Origin: an uncultured Candidatus Rokubacteria bacterium
GTDB lineage: Bacteria; Methylomirabilota; Methylomirabilia; Rokubacteriales; DASRDR01
DNA length: 64,000 bases
Direction of reading: 5' to 3'
NCBI GenBank assembly: GCA_963805625.1
Contig: CAWDVE010000021.1
Location: 32,001 to 96,000, forward strand
The position numbers were made by a program, and so were the translations under genes. How positions within the stretch are numbered: the first letter of the stretch is position 1; the number at the start of each line of letters is the position of its first letter. Below are positions 28,272 through 37,655 of this stretch, in pieces. The notes under the pieces were generated by a model. The model saw only the letters and a list, made by a program, of their open reading frames with translations. It had not been told where the DNA came from and searched no databases.

Positions 28272-29789
28272 GTGGCATCGCGCAGGCCGGACGCTGACCC
28301 CGCCGCCCCCGGCGGGGGGGGCCCCACGCGGCGCCTCGACGGACTTCGGAGGGGAACGCTGACGGTCGCGACGCTTCTCCTCCTCTTCCTCGCCTGGACA
28401 CCGATTCCCTCCCACGCCGCCCAGCCGGCCGACGTCCTGAGCACCGTGGAGAAGCGGGCGAAGGGTGATCTGGACCAGATGCTCGCGAGGCGGCGGATCC
28501 GCGTCCTCCTCGTCTACAGCAAGACCTTCTACTTCCTCGACCGGGGGCGCCAACGCGGGGCGACCTACGACCTGGCGCGAGCCTTCGAAGATGACCTCAA
28601 CCGCCGTCTGAAGACGGGGACCCTCAGGGTGAACGTGGTCTTCATCCCGGTGAGCCGGGATGAGCTGCTCCCGGGGCTGGTGGAAGGCCGCGGCGACATC
28701 GCGGCCGCCAACCTGACGATCACCGACGAACGTCGCCAGCAGGTCGACTTCTCGGACCCGCTCGGCACAGGGGTGAGCGAGATCGTCGTGACCGGCCCGT
28801 CATCACCGCCGATCGAGCGCGCCCAGGACCTGGCCGGCCAGGAGGTCTTCGTCCGCAAGTCGAGCAGCTATCACGAGAGCCTGCTGCGCCTGAATTCGGA
28901 GCTCAACCAAGCGGGCAAACCGGCCGTCCGCCTCAAGCTCGCGCCCGAGACTCTCGAAGATGAAGATCTCCTCGAGATGGTGAACGCGGGACTCGTCCGA
29001 TTCGTCGTGGTCGACAACCACAAGGCCGAGTTCTGGGCCCAGATCTTTCCCAAGATCCGTCTCCATCCGGACGCGACCGTCCGAACAGGGGGCGACATCG
29101 CGTGGGCCTTCCGGAAGAACAGCCCCAAGCTCCGCGCGGCCGTGAACCGCTTCATCGCCACGCACAAGGTCGGCACGTCCTTCGGCAACCAGACCTTCAA
29201 CCGATACCTGCGCAGCGCCAAGTACGTCCGGAACTCGCTCGCGCCGGAGGAGGTCGCGAAGTACGAGCGCACGGTCACGCTCTTCCGAAAGTACGGCGAC
29301 CGCTACGGCTTCGACGCGCTCATGCTCACGGCGCAGGGCTACCAGGAGTCCCAGCTCGACAACCAGCGACGCAGCCACGCGGGCGCGGTCGGGGTCATGC
29401 AGGTCCTGCCCGCAACGGGCAAGGAGATGCAGGTCGGGGACGTCCGCCAGCTCGACCCGAACATCCACGCCGGGACCAAGTACCTCCGGTTCATGACGGA
29501 TCGCTACTTCAAGGACGCTCCGATGGATCCCGTGGACAAGATGCTTTTCGCCTTCGCGTCGTACAACGCGGGCCCCGCCAAGATCGCGCGGCTCCGCAAG
29601 GAGGCCAAGCAGGCCGGGCTCGACCCGAATAGATGGTTCAACCACGTCGAGCGGATCGCGGCCAAGCGGATCGGCCGCGAGACGGTCCAGTACGTGAGCA
29701 ACATCTTCAAGTACTACGTCGCCTACCGGCTCCTCGAGGACGAACGGCAAGAACGGGAGCTTGCGAAGCAGCAGAAGCCCGCCGGCTAG
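28272..29789 (+). CDS. MltF-like lytic transglycosylase (SBP_bac_3 plus SLT domains)
   Basis: GRGDIAAANLTIT, QGYQESQL, GAVGVMQ, ASYNAGP, ETVQYV. Confidence 0.88.
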   Translation: MASRRPDADPAAPGGGGPTRRLDGLRRGTLTVATLLLLFLAWTPIPSHAAQPADVLSTVEKRAKGDLDQMLARRRIRVLLVYSKTFYFLDRGRQRGATYDLARAFEDDLNRRLKTGTLRVNVVFIPVSRDELLPGLVEGRGDIAAANLTITDERRQQVDFSDPLGTGVSEIVVTGPSSPPIERAQDLAGQEVFVRKSSSYHESLLRLNSELNQAGKPAVRLKLAPETLEDEDLLEMVNAGLVRFVVVDNHKAEFWAQIFPKIRLHPDATVRTGGDIAWAFRKNSPKLRAAVNRFIATHKVGTSFGNQTFNRYLRSAKYVRNSLAPEEVAKYERTVTLFRKYGDRYGFDALMLTAQGYQESQLDNQRRSHAGAVGVMQVLPATGKEMQVGDVRQLDPNIHAGTKYLRFMTDRYFKDAPMDPVDKMLFAFASYNAGPAKIARLRKEAKQAGLDPNRWFNHVERIAAKRIGRETVQYVSNIFKYYVAYRLLEDERQERELAKQQKPAG

Positions 29790-29817
29790 GGCACGCCCGG
29801 GCTATAATCCCCGCGTC

Positions 29818-31281
29818 ATGGCCCACGACCTCGTCGTGCGGGACGGCACCGTCGTCACCGCGACCGAGACGCTCCGGTGCGACGTCGGCATCGACGGGGG
29901 CCGGATCACGGCGCTGGGCGGGGCGCTGCCACCCGGGCGCCGGGAGCTCGACGCACGCGGCCTCTACGTCCTCCCGGGTGGCATCGACAGTCACGTCCAC
30001 CTCGAGCAGCTCTCCTCGGCCGGCGTCATGTGCGCGGACGACTTCCACTCGGGCACGGTCTCTGCGGCCTTCGGCGGCACCACGACCGTGGTGCCCTTCG
30101 CCGCGCAGCACCGCGGCATGAAGCTCCGCGCAGTCGTCGAGGACTACCATCGCCGGGCCAGCGAGAAGGCGGTGATCGACTACGCCTTTCACCTGATCGT
30201 CACCGACCCGACCGAGGAGGCGCTCCAGGAGGATCTGCCCCGGCTCGTCGCGGACGGGATCACCTCGCTCAAGGTCTACATGACCTACGACCGTCTCCGC
30301 GTCGGGGACGAGCAGCTGCTCGACATCCTGGCCGCGGCCCGGCGGCTCGGCGCCCTCACCATGATCCACGCCGAGAACCACGGCATGATCGCGTGGCTGT
30401 CGAGTCGGCTCGTCCGCGCCGGTGCGACCGCCCCGCGCTACCATGCGATCGCGCACCCGCGCCTGGCGGAGGGCGAGGCGGTCCAGCGCGCGATCGCCCT
30501 GGCGGAGCTGGTCGACGTGCCGATCCTGATCGTCCACGTGTCGGACGCGGCAGGGGCGAGTGCGATCCACCAGGCGCAGACGCGCGGGCTCCGCGTCTAC
30601 GGCGAGACGTGCCCGCAGTACCTCTTCCTCACGGCCGATGACCTTGACCGCCCCGGCCTCGAGGGCGCGAAGTACGGCTGTAGCCCCCCGCCCCGCGACC
30701 GGGCCTCTCACGAGGCGATCTGGGGCGGGCTCGCCAACGGCACGTTCCAGGCCTTCTCGTCCGATCACGCGCCCTACCGGTTCGACGAATCGGGCAAGCT
30801 CCCGAAGGGCGATCGGACGACGTTCAAGGACATGGCCAACGGGGTACCCGGGATCGAGCTCCGGCTCCCGCTGCTCTTCTCGGAGGGGGTCGGCCCGGGC
30901 CGGCTCTCGCTCAACGAGTTCGTGGCCCTCGGCGCGACCAACCATGCCAAGCTCTACGGGCTCTACCCCCGCAAGGGGACGATCACCCTCGGCGGGGACG
31001 CGGATCTCGCCCTTTGGGATCCGGAGCGCCGGGTCCGCGTCACCGCGACCATGCTCCACGACCGGGTGGGTTACACCCCGTACGAGGGGCGCGAGCTCTC
31101 GGGGTGGCCGGTCACGGTGATCTCGCGAGGGCGCGTCGTCGTCCAGGATGGCCGGCTCCAGGCAGAGCCCGGCACCGGGCAGTTCGTGCCGTCCGCGCCC
31201 TCGGACTGGGCGCGCCCACGCGGGGTGGCCGTGCCGGAGCTCGAACGGCTCCGCGAGCTCGGCCCCGCCCTCGATCTCTAG
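29818..31281 (+). CDS. hydA: Dihydropyrimidinase / D-hydantoinase
   Basis: PGGIDSHVH, AAFGGTTT, LKVYMTY, HAEN, ETCPQYL, SSDHAP. Confidence 0.92.
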   Translation: MAHDLVVRDGTVVTATETLRCDVGIDGGRITALGGALPPGRRELDARGLYVLPGGIDSHVHLEQLSSAGVMCADDFHSGTVSAAFGGTTTVVPFAAQHRGMKLRAVVEDYHRRASEKAVIDYAFHLIVTDPTEEALQEDLPRLVADGITSLKVYMTYDRLRVGDEQLLDILAAARRLGALTMIHAENHGMIAWLSSRLVRAGATAPRYHAIAHPRLAEGEAVQRAIALAELVDVPILIVHVSDAAGASAIHQAQTRGLRVYGETCPQYLFLTADDLDRPGLEGAKYGCSPPPRDRASHEAIWGGLANGTFQAFSSDHAPYRFDESGKLPKGDRTTFKDMANGVPGIELRLPLLFSEGVGPGRLSLNEFVALGATNHAKLYGLYPRKGTITLGGDADLALWDPERRVRVTATMLHDRVGYTPYEGRELSGWPVTVISRGRVVVQDGRLQAEPGTGQFVPSAPSDWARPRGVAVPELERLRELGPALDL

Positions 31282-31315
31282 GCGCGCGAGGCGGCGGAAC
31301 GCCCCGGGCGCTCAA

Positions 31316-31450
31316 TCAGGCAAGGAACGGGTAGTACAGGACCGCACCGTACAGGAGCGTCGCGATGACCGGCCCCGAATACAGGCGCCAGGGCTCGGCG
31401 AAGTCGGCGCTCTTCGGATCGTCGGGATCGTAGCCGCCCGGCTCGCAGTA
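31316..31450 (-). pseudogene. C-terminal relic of a membrane protein (DUF3592-like)
   Basis: YDPDDPKSADFAEPWRLY followed by a TM helix and stop; no plausible start. Confidence 0.3.
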
Positions 31451-31493
31451 GCGATCAGGAGCCGGACCCAGTCCCGGGTCCGCAGCGAGAGTG

Positions 31494-32516
31494 CTACCCG
31501 GCCGTGGCGCGCCGGCGGACCTCGGGCAGCACCTCGCGCCCGAGAAGCTCGAGGCCGGCGAGGATGTCGTCCTGAGGCATCCCGGGCCAGCTGACACGCA
31601 TGGTGGCATGGGTCACTCCGGCCCGGTGCTGAGCCAGGAGCGCGTCGACCACCTGCGGCGGTGACCCGATCGCGAAGCGATTCGCCGCCAGGCGGCGGAG
31701 CTGGGCCTCCGGGGCGGCGCCCGGTTCGAGGGTGATGCCGGGGATCCCCCAGGCAAGGTACGCGGCGTACTTCGTGAGGAGGAAGGGGGCCACCCGGCGA
31801 ATCGCGGTCGCCTCGTCGGGCGCGCACGCCACCTCGAGCAGGCGGCAGACGTGCCGGCTGGGCGGCAGGCCCGCCGCGACCCGGGCGCCGGCGAAGGCGG
31901 CGGCCTGCGTCGCGAACTCGTCCACCGTCGGCACCGGGACCACCATCCAGCCGTCGGCGATGCGAGCCGCTCGCGCGATCCCGGTGGGCACCTGCGAGCC
32001 AACGAGAATGGGGGGCCGGGGCCGCTGGAGCGGCCGGGGCCGGATGCTGACCCCGTCGAGCTGCCAGTGACGCCCGCGATGGGTGACCCCGTCCTCGGTC
32101 CAGAGCCGGCGGATGATCTCGACACCCTCGACGAGCCGGCTCACCCGCTCGGCCATCGGCACGCCGAAGAGCGCGAACTCCTCGGACCGGTAGCCGAGGC
32201 CCACCCCAAGCAGGAACCGCCCGCCGGTGATCACGTCGAGAAACGCGCCGATCTCGGCCACCTCGACCGGATTGTGCAACGGCAAGAGGATCAGGTTCGT
32301 GCCCACCCAGAGCCCGTCGGCCTCGGCCGCGAGCCGCTGGAGGAACGGGAGGAGCGGGAAGTAGTGGAATCCCGGCGTGGCGTGGTGCTCTCCACCCCAG
32401 ATCGAGTCGAACCCGAGCGCCCGGATGAGGCGCACCTGCTCGACCGTCTCGGCGAATCGGCGCGCGGGGTCATCCCCCGCCGGGTGTTGCGCGTTGAGGT
32501 AGACGCCGAGTTGCAT
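31494..32516 (-). CDS. LLM-class flavin-dependent oxidoreductase
   Basis: GFDSIWGGEHH, PLHNPVEVAE, GRFLLGVGLGY, RPPILVG. Confidence 0.92.
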   Translation of the reverse strand: MQLGVYLNAQHPAGDDPARRFAETVEQVRLIRALGFDSIWGGEHHATPGFHYFPLLPFLQRLAAEADGLWVGTNLILLPLHNPVEVAEIGAFLDVITGGRFLLGVGLGYRSEEFALFGVPMAERVSRLVEGVEIIRRLWTEDGVTHRGRHWQLDGVSIRPRPLQRPRPPILVGSQVPTGIARAARIADGWMVVPVPTVDEFATQAAAFAGARVAAGLPPSRHVCRLLEVACAPDEATAIRRVAPFLLTKYAAYLAWGIPGITLEPGAAPEAQLRRLAANRFAIGSPPQVVDALLAQHRAGVTHATMRVSWPGMPQDDILAGLELLGREVLPEVRRRATAG

Positions 32517-32600
32517 TCGCCGCCCCCTGCTTTGCATCACGCCCTGGCGCGATCCGGCTCGCGCGGTCACCGTCGCGGGCCATAGGGTACACTCAGTTTG

Positions 32601-35600
32601 ATGGATGCGCTGGCCGGCTTCCACCCCGCGATCCGCACGTGGTTCGGGCGCCGGTTCCCGGAGGGCCCGACGGATCCCCAGGCGCTCGGCTGGCCCGCGA
32701 TCGCCGCCGGGGCGGACACGCTGATCGCGGCACCCACGGGCTCCGGCAAGACGCTGGCCGCCTTCCTCACCGGCATCGACCGGCTCTTTCGTACGGCGAC
32801 CACGGAGTCCGACGCCGACCTCGCGACCGAGGTCGTCTACGTGTCGCCGCTCAAGGCCCTCGCCGCCGACATCCGGGAGAATCTCGAGCGCCCGCTCGAG
32901 GAGATCCGGGCAGTGGCACGGGAGCTCGGGCTGGCCGTCCCGGACCTCCGCGTGGTCGCCCGCACGGGGGACACGACCCCCACCGCCCGCGCGGCGATGC
33001 TCCGGCAGCCGCCGCACCTCCTGATCACAACGCCCGAGTCGCTGTACCTCCTCGTCACCGCGGGCCGCAGCCGCGAGCGCCTTCGGGGCGTGCGCACCGT
33101 GATCGTGGACGAGATCCACGCGGTGGCGCGGGACAAGCGGGGGTCGCACCTCGCCCTCACGCTGGAGCGCCTCGACGCGCTGGCGAAGACCCGGCCGCAG
33201 CGCATCGGCCTCTCGGCCACCCAGCGGCCGATCGAGACGGTCGCCCGCCTCCTCGTGGGCGCGGGCGAGGGGCGAAGCCGGCCCGACGGCGCGCCGGCGT
33301 GCCGCATCGTCGATCTCGGCCACCGCCGGCAGCTCGACCTCACGATCGAGCTCCCGGACAGCGAGCTGGAGGCCGTCGCGTCCCACGAACAGTGGGGCGA
33401 GATCCTGGACCGGATCGCGACGCACGTGCGGGCACACCGCACGACACTGATCTTCGTGAACACCCGGCGCCTGGCGGAGCGGGTGGCGCATCTTCTCGGG
33501 GAGCGGCTCGGGGAGGGCCAGGTCGCGGCCCACCACGGCAGCCTGTCCAAGGACCGGCGGCTCCGGCTCGAGGCGCGGCTCCGGGCCGGTGAGCTGGCCG
33601 CGCTGGTCGCCACGGCGTCCCTCGAGCTCGGCATCGACATCGGGCCCATCGAGCTTGTGTGTCAGATCGGGTCGCCGCGCAGCATCGCGACGCTCCTCCA
33701 GCGGGTCGGCCGCTCGGGCCACGCCCGCGGCGCTGTCGCCCGGGGGCGGGTCTACCCCACCTCGCGCGACGAGCTCGTCGAGGCGACGGCGCTGCTCCGC
33801 GCCGTGCGTGCCGGCCAGCTGGATCGGGTTCTCCCGCCGCACGCCCCGCTCGACGTGCTGGCGCAGCAGATCGTGGCGGCGTGCGCCGCCGACGTCTGGC
33901 CCGAGGACCAGCTCTTCGAGCTGGTCCGGCGCGCGGCGCCGTACGCCGACCTCGACCGCACTGATTTCGACGCGGTCGTGGCGATGCTGTCGGACGGCAT
34001 CCAGACCGGGCGCGGGCGCCGGGCCGCGTACCTCCACCGGGACCGCGTCCACGGCATCCTGCGGGGCCGGCGGGGCGCCCGGCTCGCCGCGCTGACGTCG
34101 GGAGGCGCCATTCCGGAGACGGCCGACTACCGCGTCGTCACCGACCCGGACGACACGACGGTCGGTACCGTCAACGAGGACTGGGCGATCGAGAGCATGC
34201 AGGGCGACGTGTTCCTTCTCGGGAGCACGTCGTGGCGGATCCGTCGCGTCGAGGCCGGTGTGGTGCGCGTGGTGGATGCCGAGGGCGCGCCTCCTACGGT
34301 TCCCTTCTGGCTCGGGGAGGCGCCGGCGCGCACCGCGGAGGCCTCGGCCGCCGTGTCGGCACTCCGCGAGGCGCTGGACGATCGGCTCGTGACGTGCCCC
34401 ATCGCGGCCGCCGCGGAATGGCTCGCGCCCGAGGCCGGCGTCGACACCCGGGCCGCGACGGAGGTTGTCCGATACCTCGCGGCCGCCCGCGCGGCCCTCG
34501 GCGTCCTCCCGACCCAGCGCCACGTCGTCTTCGAGCGCTTCTTCGACGAGGCGGGCGGGATGCAGCTCGTCGTTCACGCTCCCTACGGGGGCCGGATCAA
34601 CCGCGCCCTCGGCCTCGCGCTCCGGAAGCGCTTCTGCCGGCGATTCGACTTCGAGCTCCAGGCCGCGGCCAGCGACGACGCGGTCGTGCTCTCGCTCGGC
34701 CCGGGGCAGAGCTTTCCGCTCGACGACGTGCCGCAGTTCCTGACCCCCGGGAACACGGCGGAGGTCCTCGCCCAGGCGCTGCTCCTATCACCGATGTTCC
34801 AGGTGCGATGGCGCTGGAACCTCGGCCGCGCGCTCGTGGTGCTGCGGCAGCGCGGCGGGCGGCGGACGCCGCCCCCGATCCAGCGCATGGAGGCGGACGA
34901 CCTCATGGCCGCGGTCTTCCCCGCGCTCGCCGGCTGCCAGGAAAATGCGGGCGCCGGGCCCATCGAGATCCCGGAGCACCCGATCGTGCGCCAGACGATG
35001 CACGACTGTCTCCACGAAGCGACCGACGTGGACGGGCTCGTCCGCCTGTTTGACGGCTTCCGGAGCGGGGTCGTGAAGCCCATCTTCCGCGAGACGACCG
35101 AGCCCTCGCCGCTCGCCCACGAGATCCTCAACGGCCGGCCCTACACCTTCCTCGACGACGCGCCGCTCGAGGAACGGCGGACGCGAGCCGTCGCGCTCCG
35201 GCGGGGGCTGCCCGAGACGGCGCGGGATCTCGCGCAGCTCGACCCGGACGCGATCGCGCGGGTCCGCGAGGAGGCACGCCCCGACTGCCGCAACGCCGAG
35301 GAACTCCACGACCTTCTACTCGAGCTGGCCGTCCTCCGCCCCGAGCCCGCGTATGAGCCCTGGTTCCGGGAGCTCGCCGTGACCGGGCGAGCCGCGACGG
35401 TGCTCACGGCCGCGGGCCCGCTCTGGCTCCCCGCGGAGCAGCGCCCGCGCGTGACGGCGCTGTTCCCCGGGGCCCGGATCGAGCCGGACGTGCGGGTTCC
35501 TGCCGGGATCGCACCGACGGCCGACGAGGAGGAAGCCCGGGCCTTCACGGTCCGGGGCCATCTGGCGCGCCTCGGGCCGTGCACGGCGGCGGAGCTGGCG

Positions 35601-36899
35601 GCGCAGACGGGCCTCGCCGAGGCGCTGATGCCCGCCCCCCTCGCCCGGCTCGAGGCCGAGGGCTTCGCGCTGCGGGGGCGGTTCGATCCCGCCCGGGCAG
35701 GCATCGAGGAATTCTGCGAGCGGCGACTCCTCGCTCGGATTCACCGGTACACGACGGAGCGGCTCCGCCGCGAGATCGAGCCCGTCACCGCGCAGGATCT
35801 GGTGCGCTTCCTCCTGCGATGGCAGCACGTCGCCCCAGACACCCAGCTCGAGGGGCGGCAGGGCCTCCTGACCGCGATCGAGCAGCTCCAGGGGTTCGAG
35901 ATCGCGGCGGGCTCCTGGGAGCCGTCCGTGCTGCCGGCGCGCGTCCGGGGCTACCGGCCCGAATGGCTCGACGAACTCTGTCTGTCGGGGCACGTCGCGT
36001 GGGCACGCCTCGCCGTCCGCAGCGCCCCGGCCGGCGAGCCCGGTGAGACCCCGGGACGGGGCGGCCTCACCCCGTCGCACGCCACGCCCGTCAGCTTCCT
36101 CGTGCGCGAGAACCTGCCATGGCTCCTGAGCGCTGCACGGGGCGACGCCGCCCCGGTCCTGCCCGGCCCCGGACCCACGCACGACGTGTTCGAGTGCCTG
36201 CGGACGCGGGGCGCTCTGTTCTTCCACGATCTCGTCCCGGCCACGGGCCGGCTCGGCGTCGAGGTCACGGACGCCCTGTGGGACCTGGTCGCCCGCGGAC
36301 TCGTGACCGCGGACGGATTCGGGAGCGTGCGCGCGCTCTTCAGCGCCCGCCATCGGTGGTCGCACCGCGCCGCCAGGCCCGGGTCGACTGAGCGCCTCCG
36401 GCGGAGCGGCTCGCGGGCGGGTGGCGGCGAAGGCCGCTGGGCCCTCGTGCCGGCGCCACCTCCGGCGAGCGCCGGTGACGTGGAGACGCTCGCGGAGGCG
36501 GTGGCCGAGCAGCTCCTCGCGCGCTGGGGGGTCGTGTTCCGGGATCTGGTCGTCCGCGAGACGCTCGCCGTGTCCTGGCGTGAGGTCCTCTGGGCGTTCC
36601 GGCGTCTCGAGGCGCGCGGCACGATCCGAGGCGGCCGCTTCGTCACGGGGTTCGTCGGCGAGCAGTACGCGCTGCCCGAGGCAGTGGAGGGTCTTCGCGA
36701 GACGCGCCGCCGCGAGCGCTCCGGCGAAATCGTGCGCGTCGCGGCGGTCGACCCGCTGAACCTAGTCGGCATCCTCACCCCGGGTCCTCGCGTCCCGGCC
36801 GTCCGCCGCCATGCTGTCGTTTACCACGACGGGGCGCCGGTGCCGGCGGGCGGCGCCGCCACGACGATTCGCCCCGCGGCCAGCCTCGGCTCCCGTTGA
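32601..36899 (+). CDS. lhr: Large DEAD/DEAH helicase Lhr (long form with C-terminal winged-helix region)
   Basis: APTGSGKT, YVSPLKAL, DEIH, LSAT, HHGSLS, QRVGRSGH, GRFVTGFVGEQYA. Confidence 0.93.
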   Translation: MDALAGFHPAIRTWFGRRFPEGPTDPQALGWPAIAAGADTLIAAPTGSGKTLAAFLTGIDRLFRTATTESDADLATEVVYVSPLKALAADIRENLERPLEEIRAVARELGLAVPDLRVVARTGDTTPTARAAMLRQPPHLLITTPESLYLLVTAGRSRERLRGVRTVIVDEIHAVARDKRGSHLALTLERLDALAKTRPQRIGLSATQRPIETVARLLVGAGEGRSRPDGAPACRIVDLGHRRQLDLTIELPDSELEAVASHEQWGEILDRIATHVRAHRTTLIFVNTRRLAERVAHLLGERLGEGQVAAHHGSLSKDRRLRLEARLRAGELAALVATASLELGIDIGPIELVCQIGSPRSIATLLQRVGRSGHARGAVARGRVYPTSRDELVEATALLRAVRAGQLDRVLPPHAPLDVLAQQIVAACAADVWPEDQLFELVRRAAPYADLDRTDFDAVVAMLSDGIQTGRGRRAAYLHRDRVHGILRGRRGARLAALTSGGAIPETADYRVVTDPDDTTVGTVNEDWAIESMQGDVFLLGSTSWRIRRVEAGVVRVVDAEGAPPTVPFWLGEAPARTAEASAAVSALREALDDRLVTCPIAAAAEWLAPEAGVDTRAATEVVRYLAAARAALGVLPTQRHVVFERFFDEAGGMQLVVHAPYGGRINRALGLALRKRFCRRFDFELQAAASDDAVVLSLGPGQSFPLDDVPQFLTPGNTAEVLAQALLLSPMFQVRWRWNLGRALVVLRQRGGRRTPPPIQRMEADDLMAAVFPALAGCQENAGAGPIEIPEHPIVRQTMHDCLHEATDVDGLVRLFDGFRSGVVKPIFRETTEPSPLAHEILNGRPYTFLDDAPLEERRTRAVALRRGLPETARDLAQLDPDAIARVREEARPDCRNAEELHDLLLELAVLRPEPAYEPWFRELAVTGRAATVLTAAGPLWLPAEQRPRVTALFPGARIEPDVRVPAGIAPTADEEEARAFTVRGHLARLGPCTAAELAAQTGLAEALMPAPLARLEAEGFALRGRFDPARAGIEEFCERRLLARIHRYTTERLRREIEPVTAQDLVRFLLRWQHVAPDTQLEGRQGLLTAIEQLQGFEIAAGSWEPSVLPARVRGYRPEWLDELCLSGHVAWARLAVRSAPAGEPGETPGRGGLTPSHATPVSFLVRENLPWLLSAARGDAAPVLPGPGPTHDVFECLRTRGALFFHDLVPATGRLGVEVTDALWDLVARGLVTADGFGSVRALFSARHRWSHRAARPGSTERLRRSGSRAGGGEGRWALVPAPPPASAGDVETLAEAVAEQLLARWGVVFRDLVVRETLAVSWREVLWAFRRLEARGTIRGGRFVTGFVGEQYALPEAVEGLRETRRRERSGEIVRVAAVDPLNLVGILTPGPRVPAVRRHAVVYHDGAPVPAGGAATTIRPAASLGSR

Positions 36900-37023
36900 G
36901 GCCGGCGATCCCCGCCGCGTCCGCCGGGCGGACGGGCCCGCCTCGCGGAGGTCTCGGGGTTCAACCCCTGATGTGAGGCTGGTTCGTGGGCCCCGATCTC
37001 ACGGGCTACACTGAAATGCCGGC

Positions 37024-37581
37024 TCAGCGGGGCGGCGCGAGGAGCGCCTGGAAGAGCGCGCGACCGTCAGGCCCGGTCCACGGGCGCGGGCCGATGGCGC
37101 GCCCCACGATCGTCCCGTCACGCGCGATCAGGAAGACGGTCGGCGTGGCGTGGACCCCGTAGGCCTCGCTGACCGCGCCGTCGAGATCCAGCACGACGGG
37201 GGCGACATAGCCCCGCTCGGCGGCGGCTCGGGCCACCTTCGCCCGATCCTCACGGATGTCGACCAGGAGCACCGTCACGCCCTTCGGCTCCCACTCCCGG
37301 TGCACCTGGTTGATCGAGGGTAACTCCCTCGTACAGTACGGTCACCAAGTCGCCCAGAAGTAGAGGAGGACGACGCGCCCCCGGAGGGCGGCGAGGCGTA
37401 TGGACCGGCTGTCGAGGGTCGTCAGATCGAAGGCGGGCGCCTCGAACCGCGAGGTGGGCCGCCGGAGCTGGAGCGCGTCGAGCAGCGGCACGGGCACCGC
37501 CGCCCAGGCCGCGCCGAGGAGCAGGAGCGGCGCGCTCACGAGGACCGCGGCCCGCACGCGCCTCATCCGGGGCCATCGCAT
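37024..37581 (-). CDS. TlpA/ResA-like redoxin selenoprotein (UPYC; Sec at TGA 37344-37342)
   Basis: ORFs 37342..37656 and 37024..37305 are in the same frame; readthrough gives FWATW-U-PYCTRELP, matching the FWATWCxxC signature; cis-Pro motif ATPT. Confidence 0.9.
37315..37331 (-). promoter_or_regulatory. Bacterial SECIS-like hairpin
   Basis: CGAGGG-AGTTA-CCCTCG beginning 10 nt 3' of the in-frame UGA. Confidence 0.65.
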
Positions 37582-37655
37582 GTGACCCATCATACGCGCT
37601 TGCGCCGGAGGGTCGGTCCGATCTCGCAGAGCGGGGTCGCTCGGATGCGGGCGCA

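Noticed and set aside
31494-34577. 1027-aa ORF as an LLM fusion
   Set aside because: The N-terminal part is antisense to lhr; the LLM gene starts at 32516
36940-37020. tRNA-like GGTTCAA arm
   Set aside because: Only a 4-bp GGGG/CCCC hairpin; no cloverleaf or acceptor stem
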